Origin: the human T2T-CHM13v2.0 reference genome, Homo sapiens
NCBI RefSeq assembly: GCF_009914755.1
Contig: NC_060942.1
Strand: one strand, 5' to 3'
DNA: 64,000 bases
The notes beneath the pieces were generated by a model. The model saw only the letters and a list, made by a program, of their open reading frames with translations. It was not told the DNA's origin and ran no database searches. Within the stretch, counting starts at the first letter, position 1, and each line of letters starts with the position of its first letter. The position numbers were made by a program, and so were the translations under genes. Positions 50,301 to 62,300 of this stretch are shown here, piece by piece.

Positions 50301-53300
50301 AGAACAGTTTTGAAACACTCTTTTTGTGGAATCTGCAAGTGGCTATTTGGCTAGATTTGAGGATTTCGTTGGAAACGGGATTACATATAAAAAGCAGTCA
50401 GCGGCATTCTCAGAAAGTTCTTTGTGATGATTGCATTCAAGTCACAGAATTGAACATTCCCTTTCACAGAGCAGGTTTGAAACACTCTTTTTGTAGTGTG
50501 TGTAAGTGGACATTTGGAGCACTTACCGGCCTAAGGTGAAAAAGGAAATATCTTCCCATAAAAACTAGACAGAAGCATTCTCAGAAACTTACTCGTGATG
50601 TGTGTCCTCAACTAAAGGAGTAGAACCTTTCTTTTCATAGAGAAGTTTTGAAACGCTCTTTTTGTGGAATCTGCAAGTGGATATTTGGCTAGTTTTGAGG
50701 ATTTCGTTGGAAGCGGGAATTCATACAAATTGCAGACTGCAGCGTTCTGAGAAACATCTTTGTGATGTTTGTATTCAGGACACAGAGTTGAACATTCCCT
50801 ATCATAGAGCAGGTTTGAATCACTCCTTTTGTAGTATCTGGAAGTGGACATTTGGAGCGCTTTCAGGCCTATGTTGGAAAAGGAAATATCTTCCCATAAC
50901 AACTAGACAGAAGCATTCTCAGAAACTTATTTGAGATGTGTGTACTCAACTAAGAGAATTGAACCACCGTTTTGAAGGAGCAGTTTTGAAACGCTCTTTT
51001 TCTGGAATCTGCAAGTGGATATTTGGCTAGCTTTGGGGATTTCGCTGGAAGCGGGAATACATATAAAAAGCACACAGCAGCGTTCTGAGAAACTGCTTTC
51101 TGATGTTTGCATTCAAGTCAAAAGTTGAACACTCCCTTTCATAGAGCAGTCCTGAAACACCCCTTTTGTAGTATCTGGAACTGGACTTTTGGAGCGATTT
51201 CAGGGCTAAGGTGAAAAAGGAAATATCTTCCCATAAAAACTGGACAGAAGCATTCTCAGAAACTTGTTTATGCTGTATCTACTCAACTAACAAAGTTGAA
51301 CCTTTCTTTTGATAGAGCAGTTTTGAAATGGTCTTTTTGTGGAATCTGCAAGTGGATATTTGGCTAGTTTTGAGGATTTCGTTGGAAGCGGGAATTCATA
51401 CAAATTGCAGACTGCAGCGTTCTGAGAAACATCTTTGTGATGTTTGTATTCAGGACACAGAGTTGAACATTCCCTATCATAGAGCAGGTTGGAATCACTC
51501 CTTTTGTAGTATCTGGAAGTGGACATTTGGAGCGCTTTCAGGCCTATTTTGGAAAGGGAAATATCTTCCCGTAACAACTATGCAGAAGCATTCTCAGAAA
51601 CTTGTTTGTGATGTGTGCCCTCTACTGACAGAGTTGAACCTTTCTTTTCATAGAGCAGTTTTGAAACACTCTTTTTGTAGAATCTGCAAGAGGATATTTG
51701 CATAGCTTTGAGGATTTCGTGGGAAACGGGATTGTCTTCAGGTAAAATCTAGACAGAAGCATTCTCAGAAACTTCTTTGGGATGTTTGCATTCAAGTCAC
51801 AGAGTAGAACATTCCCTTTGGTAGAGCAGGTTTGAAACACTCTTTTTGTAGTATCTGGAAGTGGACATTTGGAGCGCTTTCAGGCCCATGTTGGAAAGGG
51901 AAATATCTTCCCGTAACAACTAGGCAGAAGCATTCTCAGAAACTTATTTGAGATGTGTGTACTCAACTAAGAGAATTGAACCACCGTTTTGAAGGAGCAG
52001 TTTTGAAACACTCTTTTTCTGGAATCTGCAAGAGTATATTTGCCTAGCCTTGAGGATTTCGTTGGAAACGGGATTGTCTTCAGAGAAAATCTAGACAGAA
52101 GCATTCTCAGAAACTTCTTTGGGATGCTTGCATTCAAGTCACAGAGTAGAACATTCCCTTTGGTAGAGCAGGTTTGAAACACTCTTTTTGTAGTATCTGG
52201 AAGTGGACATTTGGAGCGCTTTCAGGCCTACGTTGGAAAAGGAAATATCTTCCCATAACAACTAGACAGAAGCATTCTCAGAAACTAGTTTCTGATGTGT
52301 GTCCTCAACTAACACAGTTGAACATTTCTTTAGACAGAACAGTTTTGAAACACTCTTTTTGTGGAATCTGCAAGTGGCTATTTGGCTAGATTTGAGGATT
52401 TCGTTGGAAACGGGATTACATATAAAAAGCAGTCAGCGGCATTCTCAGAAAGTTCTTTGTGATGATTGCATTCAAGTCACAGAATTGAACATTCCCTTTC
52501 ACAGAGCAGGTTTGAAACACTCTTTTTGTAGTGTGTGTAAGTGGACATTTGGAGCACTTACCGGCCTAAGGTGAAAAAGGAAATATCTTCCCATAAAAAC
52601 TAGACAGAAGCATTCTCAGAAACTTACTCGTGATGTGTGTCCTCAACTAAAGGAGTAGAACCTTTCTTTTCATAGAGAAGTTTTGAAACGCTCTTTTTGT
52701 GGAATCTGCAAGTGGATATTTGGCTAGTTTTGAGGATTTCGTTGGAAGCGGGAATTCATACAAATTGCAGACTGCAGCGTTCTGAGAAACATCTTTGTGA
52801 TGTTTGTATTCAGGACACAGAGTTGAACATTCCCTATCATAGAGCAGGTTTGAATCACTCCTTTTGTAGTATCTGGAAGTGGACATTTGGAGCGCTTTCA
52901 GGCCTATGTTGGAAAAGGAAATATCTTCCCATAACAACTAGACAGAAGCATTCTCAGAAACTTATTTGAGATGTGTGTACTCAACTAAGAGAATTGAACC
53001 ACCGTTTTGAAGGAGCAGTTTTGAAACTCTCTTTTTCTGGAATCTGCAAGTGGATATTTGGCTAGCTTTGGGGATTTCGCTGGAAGCGGGAATACATATA
53101 AAAAGCACACAGCAGCGTTCTGAGAAACTGCTTTCTGATGTTTGCATTCAAGTCAAAAGTTGAACACTCCCTTTCATAGAGCAGTCCTGAAACACCCCTT
53201 TTGTAGTATCTGGAACTGGACTTTTGGAGCGATTTCAGGGCTAAGGTGAAAAAGGAAATATCTTCCCATAAAAACTGGACAGAAGCATTCTCAGAAACTT

Positions 53301-56300
53301 GTTTATGCTGTATCTACTCAACTAACAAAGTTGAACCTTTCTTTTGATAGAGCAGTTTTGAAATGGTCTTTTTGTGGAATCTGCAAGTGGATATTTGGCT
53401 AGTTTTGAGGATTTCGTTGGAAGCGGGAATTCATACAAATTGCAGACTGCAGCGTTCTGAGAAACATCTTTGTGATGTTTGTATTCAGGACACAGAGTTG
53501 AACATTCCCTATCATAGAGCAGGTTGGAATCACTCCTTTTGTAGTATCTGGAAGTGGACATTTGGAGCGCTTTCAGGCCTATTTTGGAAAGGGAAATATC
53601 TTCCCGTAACAACTATGCAGAAGCATTCTCAGAAACTTGTTTGTGATGTGTGCCCTCTACTGACAGAGTTGAACCTTTCTTTTCATAGAGCAGTTTTGAA
53701 ACACTCTTTTTGTAGAATCTGCAAGAGGATATTTGCATAGCTTTGAGGATTTCGTGGGAAACGGGATTGTCTTCAGGTAAAATCTAGACAGAAGCATTCT
53801 CAGAAACTTCTTTGGGATGTTTGCATTCAAGTCACAGAGTAGAACATTCCCTTTGGTAGAGCAGGTTTGAAACACTCTTTTTGTAGTATCTGGAAGTGGA
53901 CATTTGGAGCGCTTTCAGGCCCATGTTGGAAAGGGAAATATCTTCCCGTAACAACTAGGCAGAAGCATTCTCAGAAACTTATTTGAGATGTGTGTACTCA
54001 ACTAAGAGAATTGAACCACCGTTTTGAAGGAGCAGTTTTGAAACACTCTTTTTCTGGAATCTGCAAGAGTATATTTGCCTAGCCTTGAGGATTTCGTTGG
54101 AAACGGGATTGTCTTCAGAGAAAATCTAGACAGAAGCATTCTCAGAAACTTCTTTGGGATGCTTGCATTCAAGTCACAGAGTAGAACATTCCCTTTGGTA
54201 GAGCAGGTTTGAAACACTCTTTTTGTAGTATCTGGAAGTGGACATTTGGAGCGCTTTCAGGCCTACGTTGGAAAAGGAAATATCTTCCCATAACAACTAG
54301 ACAGAAGCATTCTCAGAAACTAGTTTCTGATGTGTGTCCTCAACTAACACAGTTGAACATTTCTTTAGACAGAACAGTTTTGAAACACTCTTTTTGTGGA
54401 ATCTGCAAGTGGCTATTTGGCTAGATTTGAGGATTTCGTTGGAAACGGGATTACATATAAAAAGCAGTCAGCGGCATTCTCAGAAAGTTCTTTGTGATGA
54501 TTGCATTCAAGTCACAGAATTGAACATTCCCTTTCACAGAGCAGGTTTGAAACACTCTTTTTGTAGTGTGTGTAAGTGGACATTTGGAGCACTTACCGGC
54601 CTAAGGTGAAAAAGGAAATATCTTCCCATAAAAACTAGACAGAAGCATTCTCAGAAACTTACTCGTGATGTGTGTCCTCAACTAAAGGGGTAGAACCTTT
54701 CTTTTCATAGAGAAGTTTTGAAACGCTCTTTTTGTGGAATCTGCAAGTGGATATTTGGCTAGTTTTGAGGATTTCGTTGGAAGCGGGAATTCATACAAAT
54801 TGCAGACTGCAGCGTTCTGAGAAACATCTTTGTGATGTTTGTATTCAGGACACAGAGTTGAACATTCCCTATCATAGAGCAGGTTTGAATCACTCCTTTT
54901 GTAGTATCTGGAAGTGGACATTTGGAGCGCTTTCAGGCCTATGTTGGAAAAGGAAATATCTTCCCATAACAACTAGACAGAAGCATTCTCAGAAACTTAT
55001 TTGAGATGTGTGTACTCAACTAAGAGAATTGAACCACCGTTTTGAAGGAGCAGTTTTGAAACTCTCTTTTTCTGGAATCTGCAAGTGGATATTTGGCTAG
55101 CTTTGGGGATTTCGCTGGAAGCGGGAATACATATAAAAAGCACACAGCAGCGTTCTGAGAAACTGCTTTCTGATGTTTGCATTCAAGTCAAAAGTTGAAC
55201 ACTCCCTTTCATAGAGCAGTCCTGAAACACCCCTTTTGTAGTATCTGGAACTGGACTTTTGGAGCGATTTCAGGGCTAAGGTGAAAAAGGAAATATCTTC
55301 CCATAAAAACTGGACAGAAGCATTCTCAGAAACTTGTTTATGCTGTATCTACTCAACTAACAAAGTTGAACCTTTCTTTTGATAGAGCAGTTTTGAAATG
55401 GTCTTTTTGTGGAATCTGCAAGTGGATATTTGGCTAGTTTTGAGGATTTCGTTGGAAGCGGGAATTCATACAAATTGCAGACTGCAGCGTTCTGAGAAAC
55501 ATCTTTGTGATGTTTGTATTCAGGACACAGAGTTGAACATTCCCTATCATAGAGCAGGTTGGAATCACTCCTTTTGTAGTATCTGGAAGTGGACATTTGG
55601 AGCGCTTTCAGGCCTATTTTGGAAAGGGAAATATCTTCCCGTAACAACTATGCAGAAGCATTCTCAGAAACTTGTTTGTGATGTGTGCCCTCTACTGACA
55701 GAGTTGAACCTTTCTTTTCATAGAGCAGTTTTGAAACACTCTTTTTGTAGAATCTGCAAGAGGATATTTGCATAGCTTTGAGGATTTCGTGGGAAACGGG
55801 ATTGTCTTCAGGTAAAATCTAGACAGAAGCATTCTCAGAAACTTCTTTGGGATGTTTGCATTCAAGTCACAGAGTAGAACATTCCCTTTGGTAGAGCAGG
55901 TTTGAAACACTCTTTTTGTAGTATCTGGAAGTGGACATTTGGAGCGCTTTCAGGCCCATGTTGGAAAGGGAAATATCTTCCCGTAACAACTAGGCAGAAG
56001 CATTCTCAGAAACTTATTTGAGATGTGTGTACTCAACTAAGAGAATTGAACCACCGTTTTGAAGGAGCAGTTTTGAAACACTCTTTTTCTGGAATCTGCA
56101 AGAGTATATTTGCCTAGCCTTGAGGATTTCGTTGGAAACGGGATTGTCTTCAGAGAAAATCTAGACAGAAGCATTCTCAGAAACTTCTTTGGGATGCTTG
56201 CATTCAAGTCACAGAGTAGAACATTCCCTTTGGTAGAGCAGGTTTGAAACACTCTTTTTGTAGTATCTGGAAGTGGACATTTGGAGCGCTTTCAGGCCTA

Positions 56301-59300
56301 CGTTGGAAAAGGAAATATCTTCCCATAACAACTAGACAGAAGCATTCTCAGAAACTAGTTTCTGATGTGTGTCCTCAACTAACACAGTTGAACATTTCTT
56401 TAGACAGAACAGTTTTGAAACACTCTTTTTGTGGAATCTGCAAGTGGCTATTTGGCTAGATTTGAGGATTTCGTTGGAAACGGGATTACATATAAAAAGC
56501 AGTCAGCGGCATTCTCAGAAAGTTCTTTGTGATGATTGCATTCAAGTCACAGAATTGAACATTCCCTTTCACAGAGCAGGTTTGAAACACTCTTTTTGTA
56601 GTGTGTGTAAGTGGACATTTGGAGCACTTACCGGCCTAAGGTGAAAAAGGAAATATCTTCCCATAAAAACTAGACAGAAGCATTCTCAGAAACTTACTCG
56701 TGATGTGTGTCCTCAACTAAAGGGGTAGAACCTTTCTTTTCATAGAGAAGTTTTGAAACGCTCTTTTTGTGGAATCTGCAAGTGGATATTTGGCTAGTTT
56801 TGAGGATTTCGTTGGAAGCGGGAATTCATACAAATTGCAGACTGCAGCGTTCTGAGAAACATCTTTGTGATGTTTGTATTCAGGACACAGAGTTGAACAT
56901 TCCCTATCATAGAGCAGGTTTGAATCACTCCTTTTGTAGTATCTGGAAGTGGACATTTGGAGCGCTTTCAGGCCTATGTTGGAAAAGGAAATATCTTCCC
57001 ATAACAACTAGACAGAAGCATTCTCAGAAACTTATTTGAGATGTGTGTACTCAACTAAGAGAATTGAACCACCGTTTTGAAGGAGCAGTTTTGAAACTCT
57101 CTTTTTCTGGAATCTGCAAGTGGATATTTGGCTAGCTTTGGGGATTTCGCTGGAAGCGGGAATACATATAAAAAGCACACAGCAGCGTTCTGAGAAACTG
57201 CTTTCTGATGTTTGCATTCAAGTCAAAAGTTGAACACTCCCTTTCATAGAGCAGTCCTGAAACACCCCTTTTGTAGTATCTGGAACTGGACTTTTGGAGC
57301 GATTTCAGGGCTAAGGTGAAAAAGGAAATATCTTCCCATAAAAACTGGACAGAAGCATTCTCAGAAACTTGTTTATGCTGTATCTACTCAACTAACAAAG
57401 TTGAACCTTTCTTTTGATAGAGCAGTTTTGAAATGGTCTTTTTGTGGAATCTGCAAGTGGATATTTGGCTAGTTTTGAGGATTTCGTTGGAAGCGGGAAT
57501 TCATACAAATTGCAGACTGCAGCGTTCTGAGAAACATCTTTGTGATGTTTGTATTCAGGACACAGAGTTGAACATTCCCTATCATAGAGCAGGTTGGAAT
57601 CACTCCTTTTGTAGTATCTGGAAGTGGACATTTGGAGCGCTTTCAGGCCTATTTTGGAAAGGGAAATATCTTCCCGTAACAACTATGCAGAAGCATTCTC
57701 AGAAACTTGTTTGTGATGTGTGCCCTCTACTGACAGAGTTGAACCTTTCTTTTCATAGAGCAGTTTTGAAACACTCTTTTTGTAGAATCTGCAAGAGGAT
57801 ATTTGCATAGCTTTGAGGATTTCGTGGGAAACGGGATTGTCTTCAGGTAAAATCTAGACAGAAGCATTCTCAGAAACTTCTTTGGGATGTTTGCATTCAA
57901 GTCACAGAGTAGAACATTCCCTTTGGTAGAGCAGGTTTGAAACACTCTTTTTGTAGTATCTGGAAGTGGACATTTGGAGCGCTTTCAGGCCCATGTTGGA
58001 AAGGGAAATATCTTCCCGTAACAACTAGGCAGAAGCATTCTCAGAAACTTATTTGAGATGTGTGTACTCAACTAAGAGAATTGAACCACCGTTTTGAAGG
58101 AGCAGTTTTGAAACACTCTTTTTCTGGAATCTGCAAGAGTATATTTGCCTAGCCTTGAGGATTTCGTTGGAAACGGGATTGTCTTCAGAGAAAATCTAGA
58201 CAGAAGCATTCTCAGAAACTTCTTTGGGATGCTTGCATTCAAGTCACAGAGTAGAACATTCCCTTTGGTAGAGCAGGTTTGAAACACTCTTTTTGTAGTA
58301 TCTGGAAGTGGACATTTGGAGCGCTTTCAGGCCTACGTTGGAAAAGGAAATATCTTCCCATAACAACTAGACAGAAGCATTCTCAGAAACTAGTTTCTGA
58401 TGTGTGTCCTCAACTAACACAGTTGAACATTTCTTTAGACAGAACAGTTTTGAAACACTCTTTTTGTGGAATCTGCAAGTGGCTATTTGGCTAGATTTGA
58501 GGATTTCGTTGGAAACGGGATTACATATAAAAAGCAGTCAGCGGCATTCTCAGAAAGTTCTTTGTGATGATTGCATTCAAGTCACAGAATTGAACATTCC
58601 CTTTCACAGAGCAGGTTTGAAACACTCTTTTTGTAGTGTGTGTAAGTGGACATTTGGAGCACTTACCGGCCTAAGGTGAAAAAGGAAATATCTTCCCATA
58701 AAAACTAGACAGAAGCATTCTCAGAAACTTACTCGTGATGTGTGTCCTCAACTAAAGGGGTAGAACCTTTCTTTTCATAGAGAAGTTTTGAAACGCTCTT
58801 TTTGTGGAATCTGCAAGTGGATATTTGGCTAGTTTTGAGGATTTCGTTGGAAGCGGGAATTCATACAAATTGCAGACTGCAGCGTTCTGAGAAACATCTT
58901 TGTGATGTTTGTATTCAGGACACAGAGTTGAACATTCCCTATCATAGAGCAGGTTTGAATCACTCCTTTTGTAGTATCTGGAAGTGGACATTTGGAGCGC
59001 TTTCAGGCCTATGTTGGAAAAGGAAATATCTTCCCATAACAACTAGACAGAAGCATTCTCAGAAACTTATTTGAGATGTGTGTACTCAACTAAGAGAATT
59101 GAACCACCGTTTTGAAGGAGCAGTTTTGAAACTCTCTTTTTCTGGAATCTGCAAGTGGATATTTGGCTAGCTTTGGGGATTTCGCTGGAAGCGGGAATAC
59201 ATATAAAAAGCACACAGCAGCGTTCTGAGAAACTGCTTTCTGATGTTTGCATTCAAGTCAAAAGTTGAACACTCCCTTTCATAGAGCAGTCCTGAAACAC

Positions 59301-62300
59301 CCCTTTTGTAGTATCTGGAACTGGACTTTTGGAGCGATTTCAGGGCTAAGGTGAAAAAGGAAATATCTTCCCATAAAAACTGGACAGAAGCATTCTCAGA
59401 AACTTGTTTATGCTGTATCTACTCAACTAACAAAGTTGAACCTTTCTTTTGATAGAGCAGTTTTGAAATGGTCTTTTTGTGGAATCTGCAAGTGGATATT
59501 TGGCTAGTTTTGAGGATTTCGTTGGAAGCGGGAATTCATACAAATTGCAGACTGCAGCGTTCTGAGAAACATCTTTGTGATGTTTGTATTCAGGACACAG
59601 AGTTGAACATTCCCTATCATAGAGCAGGTTGGAATCACTCCTTTTGTAGTATCTGGAAGTGGACATTTGGAGCGCTTTCAGGCCTATTTTGGAAAGGGAA
59701 ATATCTTCCCGTAACAACTATGCAGAAGCATTCTCAGAAACTTGTTTGTGATGTGTGCCCTCTACTGACAGAGTTGAACCTTTCTTTTCATAGAGCAGTT
59801 TTGAAACACTCTTTTTGTAGAATCTGCAAGAGGATATTTGCATAGCTTTGAGGATTTCGTGGGAAACGGGATTGTCTTCAGGTAAAATCTAGACAGAAGC
59901 ATTCTCAGAAACTTCTTTGGGATGTTTGCATTCAAGTCACAGAGTAGAACATTCCCTTTGGTAGAGCAGGTTTGAAACACTCTTTTTGTAGTATCTGGAA
60001 GTGGACATTTGGAGCGCTTTCAGGCCCATGTTGGAAAGGGAAATATCTTCCCGTAACAACTAGGCAGAAGCATTCTCAGAAACTTATTTGAGATGTGTGT
60101 ACTCAACTAAGAGAATTGAACCACCGTTTTGAAGGAGCAGTTTTGAAACACTCTTTTTCTGGAATCTGCAAGAGTATATTTGCCTAGCCTTGAGGATTTC
60201 GTTGGAAACGGGATTGTCTTCAGAGAAAATCTAGACAGAAGCATTCTCAGAAACTTCTTTGGGATGCTTGCATTCAAGTCACAGAGTAGAACATTCCCTT
60301 TGGTAGAGCAGGTTTGAAACACTCTTTTTGTAGTATCTGGAAGTGGACATTTGGAGCGCTTTCAGGCCTACGTTGGAAAAGGAAATATCTTCCCATAACA
60401 ACTAGACAGAAGCATTCTCAGAAACTAGTTTCTGATGTGTGTCCTCAACTAACACAGTTGAACATTTCTTTAGACAGAACAGTTTTGAAACACTCTTTTT
60501 GTGGAATCTGCAAGTGGCTATTTGGCTAGATTTGAGGATTTCGTTGGAAACGGGATTACATATAAAAAGCAGTCAGCGGCATTCTCAGAAAGTTCTTTGT
60601 GATGATTGCATTCAAGTCACAGAATTGAACATTCCCTTTCACAGAGCAGGTTTGAAACACTCTTTTTGTAGTGTGTGTAAGTGGACATTTGGAGCACTTA
60701 CCGGCCTAAGGTGAAAAAGGAAATATCTTCCCATAAAAACTAGACAGAAGCATTCTCAGAAACTTACTCGTGATGTGTGTCCTCAACTAAAGGGGTAGAA
60801 CCTTTCTTTTCATAGAGAAGTTTTGAAACGCTCTTTTTGTGGAATCTGCAAGTGGATATTTGGCTAGTTTTGAGGATTTCGTTGGAAGCGGGAATTCATA
60901 CAAATTGCAGACTGCAGCGTTCTGAGAAACATCTTTGTGATGTTTGTATTCAGGACACAGAGTTGAACATTCCCTATCATAGAGCAGGTTTGAATCACTC
61001 CTTTTGTAGTATCTGGAAGTGGACATTTGGAGCGCTTTCAGGCCTATGTTGGAAAAGGAAATATCTTCCCATAACAACTAGACAGAAGCATTCTCAGAAA
61101 CTTATTTGAGATGTGTGTACTCAACTAAGAGAATTGAACCACCGTTTTGAAGGAGCAGTTTTGAAACTCTCTTTTTCTGGAATCTGCAAGTGGATATTTG
61201 GCTAGCTTTGGGGATTTCGCTGGAAGCGGGAATACATATAAAAAGCACACAGCAGCGTTCTGAGAAACTGCTTTCTGATGTTTGCATTCAAGTCAAAAGT
61301 TGAACACTCCCTTTCATAGAGCAGTCCTGAAACACCCCTTTTGTAGTATCTGGAACTGGACTTTTGGAGCGATTTCAGGGCTAAGGTGAAAAAGGAAATA
61401 TCTTCCCATAAAAACTGGACAGAAGCATTCTCAGAAACTTGTTTATGCTGTATCTACTCAACTAACAAAGTTGAACCTTTCTTTTGATAGAGCAGTTTTG
61501 AAATGGTCTTTTTGTGGAATCTGCAAGTGGATATTTGGCTAGTTTTGAGGATTTCGTTGGAAGCGGGAATTCATACAAATTGCAGACTGCAGCGTTCTGA
61601 GAAACATCTTTGTGATGTTTGTATTCAGGACACAGAGTTGAACATTCCCTATCATAGAGCAGGTTGGAATCACTCCTTTTGTAGTATCTGGAAGTGGACA
61701 TTTGGAGCGCTTTCAGGCCTATTTTGGAAAGGGAAATATCTTCCCGTAACAACTATGCAGAAGCATTCTCAGAAACTTGTTTGTGATGTGTGCCCTCTAC
61801 TGACAGAGTTGAACCTTTCTTTTCATAGAGCAGTTTTGAAACACTCTTTTTGTAGAATCTGCAAGAGGATATTTGCATAGCTTTGAGGATTTCGTGGGAA
61901 ACGGGATTGTCTTCAGGTAAAATCTAGACAGAAGCATTCTCAGAAACTTCTTTGGGATGTTTGCATTCAAGTCACAGAGTAGAACATTCCCTTTGGTAGA
62001 GCAGGTTTGAAACACTCTTTTTGTAGTATCTGGAAGTGGACATTTGGAGCGCTTTCAGGCCCATGTTGGAAAGGGAAATATCTTCCCGTAACAACTAGGC
62101 AGAAGCATTCTCAGAAACTTATTTGAGATGTGTGTACTCAACTAAGAGAATTGAACCACCGTTTTGAAGGAGCAGTTTTGAAACACTCTTTTTCTGGAAT
62201 CTGCAAGAGTATATTTGCCTAGCCTTGAGGATTTCGTTGGAAACGGGATTGTCTTCAGAGAAAATCTAGACAGAAGCATTCTCAGAAACTTCTTTGGGAT

